The position numbers and the translations under genes were made by a program. The notes beneath the pieces were generated by a model that ran no database searches, was not told the origin of the DNA, and saw only the letters and a program-made list of their open reading frames with translations. From Naegleria gruberi (Eukaryota): a stretch of 64,000 nt of DNA. Location of the stretch: NCBI GenBank assembly GCA_000004985.1, contig GG738887.1. One strand, 5' to 3'. Positions 58,348 to 64,000 of this stretch are shown one piece after another (the first letter of the stretch is position 1; each line of letters begins with the position of its first letter).

Positions 58348-58943
58348 GGAGCATCCAACCAGCCATAGCTTCCTTGAATTCTGTTTGATGTTGTTCAAAA
58401 GAGATGAAAGTTGTTATTTCATGTGAATGTTGGTTAGGGTAGATAGGAACAATGTGTTAATTTTAAGTGGTGTTAGCAAAGATATTGTACTAGAGCGTGT
58501 AAACTTACCATCAAATGTTATCAATCCATTTTGATCGTCATCAATTTCCTTCATCAATTCCTTGGCTTGAGTTTCGGTACCTTCTTCACCCAAAGCCTTC
58601 AAAATTTCTTTCAGTTCGACAACATCAATGACGTTGTTACCATCCTTGTCGCATTGTTTGAAAGCTGTTGTTGTTATTTAATGTATGGACCAGTAGTTAG
58701 TCATTAGTCATTATTGGTATCATCAAGATTTTACAAATTGTTGATTAAATTTTATGTTAGAACGTGATGATTGTTGTTAATAAGATTATAATCAACAGTT
58801 AAAGATATTTTGTTATTGAGAACCAAATTGTTCAATTGTGTGGAAACGCCAGAATAGAGTTATTAGAAATTTCTGTGTCGAAGAAACATACCAATACGAA
58901 TTTGTTCTTGTTGTTGTTCAGAGAGTTTTTCAAATTTGCCCAT
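58343..58943 (-). CDS. Small two-EF-hand Ca2+-binding protein (calmodulin-like or polcalcin-like, 81 aa), three exons: 58892..58943, 58509..58664, 58343..58380
   Basis: Exon 1 reads ATG GGC AAA TTT GAA AAA CTC TCT GAA CAA CAA CAA GAA CAA ATT CGT ATT G and is followed by GTATGT. Exon 2 follows the acceptor ...caacaacag| and reads CT TTC AAA CAA TGC GAC AAG GAT GGT AAC AAC GTC ATT GAT GTT GTC GAA ...GAT G, followed by GTAAGT. Exon 3 follows ...atcaaacag| and reads AA TTC AAG GAA GCT ATG GCT GGT TGG ATG CTC CAA TAA. All junctions are phase 1 and the spliced product is one frame: MGKFEKLSEQQQEQIRIAFKQCDKDGNNVIDVVELKEILKALGEEGTETQAKELMKEIDDDQNGLITFDEFKEAMAGWMLQ. Splicing restores the canonical Glu at position 12 of the second EF loop (DDDQNGLITFDE). 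The track's 62-aa ORF 58414..58602 is exon 2 read through into the intron. Confidence 0.62.
58381..58508 (-). other. Intron 2 of the EF-hand gene (128 nt, GTAAGT...CAG, phase 1)
   Basis: Donor is GATG|GTAAGTTT, CTAAC motifs lie inside, and the acceptor is atcaaaCAG|AATTCAAG. Splicing yields ...ITFD-E-FKEAMAGWMLQ*. Confidence 0.6.
58665..58891 (-). other. Intron 1 of the EF-hand gene (227 nt, GTATGT...AG, phase 1)
   Basis: Donor is G|GTATGTTTC. A GACTAAC branch-like motif (ACTAAC at 58696-58701) lies about 32 nt upstream of the acceptor caacaacAG. A 227-nt interval is too short to hide another EF-hand pair. Confidence 0.55.
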
Positions 58944-59510
58944 TTTTTTATGATTGGTTTTTGCTTGTCAAGTTTTGACAGTGACGTCTTTTAGCCCATC
59001 AACTTCAAGAGGTGTGAAATGGCAGTTACCACTATTGATCACTGAGGCAACTGTTGTTTGAATTACCTCATTACCTGACGTTTAATTAAGAACTTTATCA
59101 ATAAATCAATAATATTTCATTTATTATCATTGATTAGTTTGTGATATGTTTTCAAAGATGACAACTTAAAAGAGTGATTCTCTTTACTGTTTCAAATTCC
59201 AAATTGAAACACTTTCAAAGTAAAAGCTCTTCACATTGATTAACTCTCTTTCATTTCAATCCACCTCTCATCGTAACACCATTGAGGAAAATGATTTCAA
59301 TATATCATCTGACAAAATTGTTCGAATTGAAATTAGTGATATTCATCCTGTATTACTGTTTTCTTAACAGCTCAAATTATTGATATAAATTCATCCAAAC
59401 AAACAAATAATTATAACATGTTCTATTGGGGTTCAACCCATGCTCGAGTCGTAAACAATAAATTGGAATACAATTAAAGTAGTGTTACATTTCATTGATA
59501 TAATACAAAG

Positions 59511-61010
59511 TTAATCCATTTCTGTAGTATTGATTTGAACATCTGATAAAGTTCCATTATGTAAGGATCTAAGCAATTTAGTCTTAATAAGTTTTACATT
59601 TTTGGAAAGAAGAGGATATCTAAATACTTGCAATCTTTGGTTATTCCATTCAACTACTAATAATTCCTGTCGTTTTTCATCAAGGGCGCAACCAGTTGGT
59701 TTGGTTAACTCGCTCTTTTCAATACCTGCCTCTCCAAATGAAGTAATAAATTGAAGTTTTGAATTAAAAATCTGAATTCTATCATTCATCGAATCACAAA
59801 CGATAATATTGCCATTCGTTCTATCGATACAAAATCCTTCTTGACAAGCGAATTGTCCTGGTTGATTTCCATGACCATTTTCAATTTTTCTTATCAGAGA
59901 GCCATTCAACTTGGACAAGACAAGAATTCTGTGATTTTCACGGTCGGAAACTACCAAATTTCCATCAAGATCAAAATCAATATCCTTTGGTCCATCGAAC
60001 TGGGTGTCTCCACTTCCTTTTGATCCAAAATCTCTAAGAAAATCACCATTCTTTGAAAGGACTACAATTCTATGGTTATCAAAATCACATATATAAATAT
60101 CTTCATTGGTTGTATCAATAACCAGACCTCTTGCCCAATTTAGATTTGGATAACTTTTCCAAATCAATTTAGATCCATCATATGAATACTTGTAAACATA
60201 ATTGTCGTCACAAGTGAAAATAATACTATCATCAACCTCACTCACAACCAGACATCTAGGATAAGATGATAAACTAATATGAAATTTAAATTGCCTAGTG
60301 CCCAATTCAAACACTGCAATTCTTCTATTGTACGTGTCTGTGACATAGAAGATATTCCTTTCGTGATACAGAGTCACATCCAAAGGATATGCAAAGGATG
60401 AATCTTTCGAAGTCTCACTCGTACAATACAGCGTGTCAAATCCAAGCATTGGTTTTCTCTTTACTCCACAATTAATATTCATAGGAAAGCCGTTAACAAA
60501 TTTCTTATTCTCTCCAATCACAACTTGACAACAAACTGCAACATTACAGTCATCAGCAAGTAAATCCTTAATTTTATCTGGAATAGTAATCATTATTGGT
60601 ATTTCCTTTGATGCTACACTCCTAGTCACTCCATCAATTTCCAATTCACTAACATCAACTTGTTGAAAGTATGATGAATATCGTTTTTCTGCAATTATGT
60701 TATTTCCACCATATTCTTCATCACCGGAAAGTCTTTCCAATGTTACAGAAATTACAATTTCATCTTCTGGAAAGCTACTCGCCAATTGATCAAATTCATC
60801 ATCAGATCGAGTTGTTCCATCTTGTTGCTGCTGTTCATTAATAAAATCCAATTCTACAGTAAATTCAATATTACTTCCGCTCTTGTACTTTCGGTCCGAG
60901 GTTAGATTTTGCCATTCGATCACTCTTGGATAAATAAAAGATGATGCTGAAGAACTTTCGGAAGAAGAGATTGGGATGGCGTGGGAAATAATTTCCTCCC
61001 TTGATGACAT
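59511..61010 (-). CDS. NHL-repeat beta-propeller protein (499 aa) with an uncharacterised roughly 200-aa beta-rich N-terminal region
   Basis: ATG at 61008-61010 is preceded by an A-run, with an in-frame stop 24 nt upstream. Stop TAA is at 59511-59513. The C-terminal approximately 280 aa carry repeated NHL signatures: DNHRIVVLSKNGDFLRDFGSKGSGDTQFDGPKDIDFDLDGNLVVSDRENHRILVL; GHGNQPGQFACQEGFCIDRTNGNIIVCDSMNDRIQIF; and FGEAGIEKSELTKPTGCALDEKRQELLVVEWNNQRLQVF. Together these indicate about six blades. No RING or B-box is visible. Confidence 0.8.
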   Translation of the reverse strand: MSSREEIISHAIPISSSESSSASSFIYPRVIEWQNLTSDRKYKSGSNIEFTVELDFINEQQQQDGTTRSDDEFDQLASSFPEDEIVISVTLERLSGDEEYGGNNIIAEKRYSSYFQQVDVSELEIDGVTRSVASKEIPIMITIPDKIKDLLADDCNVAVCCQVVIGENKKFVNGFPMNINCGVKRKPMLGFDTLYCTSETSKDSSFAYPLDVTLYHERNIFYVTDTYNRRIAVFELGTRQFKFHISLSSYPRCLVVSEVDDSIIFTCDDNYVYKYSYDGSKLIWKSYPNLNWARGLVIDTTNEDIYICDFDNHRIVVLSKNGDFLRDFGSKGSGDTQFDGPKDIDFDLDGNLVVSDRENHRILVLSKLNGSLIRKIENGHGNQPGQFACQEGFCIDRTNGNIIVCDSMNDRIQIFNSKLQFITSFGEAGIEKSELTKPTGCALDEKRQELLVVEWNNQRLQVFRYPLLSKNVKLIKTKLLRSLHNGTLSDVQINTTEMD

Positions 61011-61299
61011 TTTTTTTAAAATTATTAAATTTTACGCGTTATTTACTTGTTCCAAGTTCCGAACAAGACTTTATAATTTATTGTAAAGTAAATTCAACCT
61101 TTTGTGCATGGGTGGAGTTTCATTGAATGAATATCAACACCAGTATTTTGGTTTTGTAAACGAGCATTTTCAAACCAATGGTGAACATGATTGACTTTGT
61201 AGCTTAAAACCGCGGAAATATTTGATATTTTAAAAACAAAAAAAAAATCATTTTAATTAATCAGAGTTTCAAATATCAAACCCTCTTAACCCTCTCGCG
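61011..61299. promoter_or_regulatory. Divergent intergenic or promoter region between the NHL gene (minus) and the 61300 gene (plus)
   Basis: The region is 289 bp and AT-rich. It carries three CpG-containing palindromic hexamers that stand out against the AT background: ACGCGT 61034-61039, CCGCGG 61210-61215 and TCGCGA 61295-61300. It also holds an inverted repeat, CTTGTTC-N8-GAACAAG, at 61046-61067, and an A10 run at 61236-61246. Confidence 0.4.
61046..61067. repeat. Inverted repeat CTTGTTC(n8)GAACAAG, with GTTCC duplicated in the loop, in the divergent promoter
   Basis: acttgttccaagttccgaacaagact; the 7-bp arms are perfect complements. Confidence 0.45.
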
Positions 61300-62319
61300 A
61301 TGACCAAGAACAATAACGTTGATAAACCAATCTTTGAACAAACTATTTACGATCCAATTACCCATCGTCCTGTTTTTAAAATTGTTATTAGAAAGAAGGG
61401 ATTGGCCCATGTTTCATTGGAATTGTTCGATGGCATCAAGATCAGAGTGGTTGTGGTTGATGCATTGCAAAACAGATCAGGCTGGTACATGATGAAGAAC
61501 AACTTTAGCGATAACAAGATGCGTGCTGAAATGACAATTTCCAAGATACTTGGTGCTTGTCAAGTTAAGTGCCCAACAAAGGCAGTGGGTGATATTATTA
61601 TTGTGCTCCTTGGTCATGTTATCAAGTTGAAGACAAGGCTGGTTGTGGTTAAGAATAATTCTAATTTATCAGTGGTTCAAGCCATCTATTTGAATGGTGA
61701 AGATGAACCTCTATGGATTCCTGATGATGATGAAATGTCAGAAGAAAAAGAAGAAGAAATTAATGTTGATGGTGGATTGGAACCTGTAACAACAAACAGA
61801 AAGAAAAGAAAGCCTAGAAAGAGAGCTTCTGCTTCTGCTTCCTCTAGTTCCTCTGCTGAAACAATGATTGAAGATCAAGAGTCAAAATCTGGAACTAAAA
61901 GAAAGACCAGTGAGAAGACTAAACCAAGAAAGAAGAAGTTAGTTGCAGCTTCCTCTTCTGGTGATGATACAGGTAGTATTCAAACTTATTATTCTCAAAC
62001 ACTTTCTGGAAACTCTTTGTCACCACCGGTTCCTAATATTATTACACCACCAAGTGTCAATCCAATGCAAAACTTTGTTCCAATGACATCATCTGCACCA
62101 CTAACTTTCAATACGGTGCAAAATTTCATCCCAACAACTCCATTAATGGATCCAAGAATCCCGAATTCTACGTATCCAACTGCCATGTCTCAAATGGCTG
62201 CCAGCAGTGCACCACCAAGTCCAAATTCCTTCCCAAATTCCCTTAATTCAGACTTTGATTTTTTGTTTGAACAAGATGATTCTTACTCAAACAGTAGAGA
62301 ACAAAATGATTATTTTTAG
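61300..62319 (+). CDS. Hypothetical protein (339 aa) with a beta-rich N-terminal domain, an acidic tract, a bipartite basic NLS, an S/P/N-rich tail and a DFDFLF motif at the C-terminus. Likely nuclear; fold unassigned (nucleoplasmin-like or LSm/FDF-like are both possible).
   Basis: ATG at 61300 is the first in-frame ATG after a TAA at 61258. Stop TAG is at 62317-62319. Composition read from the translation: residues about 20-140 are hydrophobic and beta-like (VFKIVIRKKGLAHVSLELFDGIKIRVVVVDAL...IIIVLLGHVIKLKTRLVVV); then DDDEMSEEKEEE; then RKKRKPRKR...KRKTSEKTKPRKKK; then a P/S/N/T-rich stretch ending SDFDFLFEQDD. Confidence 0.7.
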   Translation: MTKNNNVDKPIFEQTIYDPITHRPVFKIVIRKKGLAHVSLELFDGIKIRVVVVDALQNRSGWYMMKNNFSDNKMRAEMTISKILGACQVKCPTKAVGDIIIVLLGHVIKLKTRLVVVKNNSNLSVVQAIYLNGEDEPLWIPDDDEMSEEKEEEINVDGGLEPVTTNRKKRKPRKRASASASSSSSAETMIEDQESKSGTKRKTSEKTKPRKKKLVAASSSGDDTGSIQTYYSQTLSGNSLSPPVPNIITPPSVNPMQNFVPMTSSAPLTFNTVQNFIPTTPLMDPRIPNSTYPTAMSQMAASSAPPSPNSFPNSLNSDFDFLFEQDDSYSNSREQNDYF

Positions 62320-62335
62320 GCATTTTCTTTGAAGT

Positions 62336-62351
62336 ATTGTCACAAGACAAT
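62336..62351. repeat. Perfect small palindrome ATTGTC-ACAA-GACAAT in the 3' UTR, 17 nt after the stop of the 61300 gene
   Basis: attgtcacaagacaat. Confidence 0.4.
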
Positions 62352-62370
62352 ACCAAAGACAGCTGCGCTA

Positions 62371-62376
62371 AATAAA
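62371..62376 (+). terminator. AATAAA polyadenylation-like signal for the 61300..62319 gene
   Basis: gctAAATAAAtcactt, 52 nt downstream of the TAG. Confidence 0.35.
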
Positions 62377-62434
62377 TCACTTATATATATTTACATTATT
62401 TCTAATATTTTATTATATCAGTATTAAATTACAA

Positions 62435-62440
62435 TTTATT
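62435..62440 (-). terminator. AATAAA polyadenylation-like signal (minus strand) just after the stop of the C2-domain gene, in a 127-bp convergent 3' intergenic spacer
   Basis: Plus 'tttatt' corresponds to minus 'taaataaattgtaa'. Confidence 0.25.
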
Positions 62441-62446
62441 AAATAA

Positions 62447-63825
62447 TTATGGTTGAACATTCCAATCATTCTTTTCATCCCATTCTCTTACTCGAATTCT
62501 CTTTTCTTTTGTCAAGTTGGCTCCTTTCAATAGAACTGTATTAACCAAATTAGATTCCTGACTAAAGTCACGAGGTCCATAATTGCAGGTAATTGTGTAT
62601 TGTGGCAATAAACCCATTCTAAGATAACATTCAGCCACAAATTCAGAACAGAATACATTAGCATCATTGGATTGAGTATTTCTCTTAATGACACATTTCA
62701 ATAATTCAGATTTTGAAGTTTCGTATTTCTTATCAATGGAAATCTTCAAATAATCAACAAGTGTTGGGAATTGATCCACAATATTCTCATCCTTTGGTCT
62801 ATTATCCATTGAAGGAATGTTCAATCTTCTCAAACAACACAAATCAGTTGGATCTCTTTCCAAATAATCCATAAACCACTTTCTCAATTCTACTAATTGA
62901 ATTCCACCACCTTCCTTATTGTCCACAGTATCAGTTTCAGATTCTGCAACAAAAACAGTTGAAAATCTTGATGAAGCATCAACTTGAACCTTATACAATT
63001 CCAATAATTCTTTCGGTGGATTTCTAATAATAATCGACAAGTGAGACCAAGTTGATGAAAATCCCAATTGAATAGCTTTTGAGAAAGTTCCCTTTCCAGA
63101 ATGCAACAAGACATCACCAGTTCTCAATTCATCATAAATATCCTCCAAATACTCTACACCAAACAAGTTATCCAATCGTTGAGATTCCTTTTCTGAAATA
63201 TTTCCACTCAAAATTGATTTTAAACTTCTTCCTCTACTGGCGAAACCTCTTCCCTTCTCATTCTTGTATTCATTTAAAAAGTTGGTCAAGTCAATTTGTG
63301 GAATATTCTCAGAGAGTGAATCAACGAAACCATCATTAATTTGAAAGTTGAGAGGTTCAATTCGAATATGTAAACTTCCTTTTGGAACTCCTTGCAAGTT
63401 TAGCCACATTTCGAATGGTTTCTTCTCTTCCAATTTGAGAGTAGAAAGTGAAACTGCTATGAATCCCAATGAATCATCTCCTGTGAATTTGTCCTTATCA
63501 TATAATTGACAAATTAGGACATATTGTTCTGGATTGTGATCGAGTGGAATTTCAAAAGTTTCATTCCAGACAGGATTTAATGAGTTGGAAATTACATGAG
63601 TCTTGAACTGTTCCTTCTTTTTACCTCCGAGCCAGGCAACACAGTATGGATCAGAAACGTCACCTTTTTAGTGATTGTTAATTTTGACACCTGTCAAAAC
63701 TTACCATTTTTACCAGAATCAGTGTTGATCAAATTTTTAGCTTCCAAGATGGTGAGTTTCATGTGGAAGGTTTTGAAAGAGCTGAAAGTCTTGTCAACTC
63801 CAAAGTGTTTTGGTGTGATTGGCAT
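62447..63825 (-). CDS. C2 domain + circularly permuted NlpC/P60 papain-fold (YaeF/YiiX- or LRAT-like) domain protein, two exons: 63705..63825 and 62447..63663 (about 445 aa; alternative ATG at 63762)
   Basis: The track ORF 62447..63469 starts at TTG, not ATG. The frame is open upstream and encodes VSDPYCVAWLGGKKKEQFKTHVISNSLNPVWNETFEIPLDHNPEQYVLICQLYDKDKFTGDDSLGFIAV... as far as an acceptor AG at 63664. Upstream exon 1 reads ATG CCA ATC ... ATG AAA CTC ACC ATC TTG GAA GCT AAA AAT TTG ATC AAC ACT GAT TCT GGT AAA AAT G|GTAAGT and joins in phase 1 (the G codon). The reconstructed N-terminus MKLTILEAKNLINTDSGKNGDVSDPYCVAW...NPVWNETFEI is a textbook C2 beta-sandwich start. ATG 63825 is the first ATG after an in-frame TAA at 63847-63849, with context AAAAAAAATGC. 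The C-terminal domain has GDVLLHSGKGTFSKAIQLGFSSTWSHLSIII (the His strand), then about 150 aa, then NVFCSEFVAECYL (the Cys motif). This matches the permuted H-then-C order and the CSE(L/F)V motif of YaeF/YiiX / LRAT-type NlpC/P60 enzymes. Stop TAA is at 62447-62449. Confidence 0.72.
63664..63704 (-). other. Intron (41 nt, GTAAGT...AG, phase 1) in the C2-domain gene
   Basis: Minus strand reads G|GTAAGTTTTGACAGGTGTCAAAATTAACAATCACTAAAAAG|GTGACGTTTCT. An in-frame TAA inside it shows the sequence cannot be coding. Its removal joins ...GKN-G-DVSDPYCVAW in a continuous C2 domain. Confidence 0.7.
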
Positions 63826-63846
63826 TTTTTTTGATTGTGAATTTGA

Positions 63847-63927
63847 TTACTGACAGCGCTCCATCTTGTTACCCAAAACGACATTTATGGCAAGGTGGTT
63901 GTTGCATGATTTTTCATTGTAATTCAT
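63847..63927 (-). other. Candidate 26-codon upstream ORF (MNYNEKSCNNHLAINVVLGNKMERCQ*) ending 21 nt before, and in frame with, the main ATG of the C2-domain gene
   Basis: ATG at 63925-63927 (minus) and TAA at 63847-63849. It is only meaningful if the transcription start lies upstream of 63927, and that start is unknown. Confidence 0.2.
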
Positions 63928-64000
63928 TGATGATCCAAGTTTCTTCTAGAATAGTGCTCTTTCGATTTGCAATTTTATTCGAAAGGTCAGTTCTAATAAA

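Noticed and set aside
58414-58602. 62-aa minus-strand ORF taken as a stand-alone gene
   Set aside because: It is exon 2 of the spliced EF-hand gene read through the GTAAGT donor at 58508. The read-through tail destroys the second EF loop, whereas splicing restores it.
59060-59082. Tandem ATTACCTCA / ATTACCTGA (two AGGTAAT donor-like sites on the minus strand) and TGACGT elements (58982-58988 TGACGTC, 59076-59081) upstream of the EF-hand gene
   Set aside because: No open frame flanks the donor-like sites, so they are not exon boundaries. The CRE-like TGACGT half-sites may be promoter elements, but two short hexamers in 600 bp are not distinguishable from chance.
59420-59445. tRNA T-arm-like GGGGTTCAACCC
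   Set aside because: The stem is only about 4 bp with a 5-nt loop. There is no complementary acceptor stem or anticodon arm in the flanking 80 nt, so it is not a tRNA.
61347-62186. 65-aa and 63-aa minus-strand ORFs antisense to the 61300-62319 gene
   Set aside because: Antisense overlap, short length, and no supporting start context.
62893-63339. 74-aa (minus) and 86-aa (plus) ORFs inside the C2 / NlpC-P60 gene, and the 63596-63853 plus ORF
   Set aside because: These are off-frame or antisense to a well-supported CDS. The 63596-63853 ORF spans the opposite strand of exon 1, the intron and exon 2.
52399-64000. Prokaryotic defence or novel-system content (CRISPR arrays, toxin-antitoxin, restriction-modification, phage or mobile-element genes)
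   Set aside because: None present. There are no direct-repeat/spacer arrays, no integrase or transposase-like ORFs and no terminal inverted repeats. The sequence is spliced eukaryotic nuclear DNA.

Overview
Positions 1-52398 are an unresolved run of N, so only about 11.6 kb (52399-64000) is real sequence. This part is AT-rich eukaryotic nuclear DNA, not prokaryotic: it has long ORFs, very AT-rich intergenic spacers with AATAAA-like signals, and three short spliceosomal introns that I reconstructed by hand. The introns are 41, 128 and 227 nt, begin G|GTAAGT or G|GTATGT, end in AG and carry CTAAC-type branch motifs. No CRISPR, rRNA, tRNA, transposon or prokaryotic defence content is visible. 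The ORF track evidently treats TTG as a start codon, so its 'M' at 57781 and 63469 is artefactual, and it misses multi-exon genes. I call six protein-coding genes. (1) A roughly 1740-aa polytopic membrane cyclase on the minus strand, with an N-terminal TM cluster, a coiled-coil and degenerate cyclase-like segment, a second TM cluster, a PAS domain and one class III nucleotidyl-cyclase catalytic domain. (2) A three-exon, 81-aa two-EF-hand Ca-binding protein on the minus strand, which the ORF track reports only as a 62-aa intron read-through. (3) A 499-aa protein carrying a six-bladed NHL beta-propeller, minus strand. (4) A 339-aa plus-strand protein whose layout (beta-rich N-domain, acidic tract, bipartite basic NLS, S/P-rich tail, FDF-like C-terminus) points to a nuclear role; its fold is unassigned. 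(5) A two-exon minus-strand gene that fuses a canonical C2 domain to a circularly permuted NlpC/P60 papain-fold domain of the YaeF/YiiX / LRAT type. (6) A candidate 26-codon uORF upstream of gene 5. The most unusual item is the C2 + permuted NlpC/P60 fusion, a plausible Ca2+-targeted lipid-modifying enzyme. The PAS-gated single-domain tmAC-like cyclase is the next most interesting.
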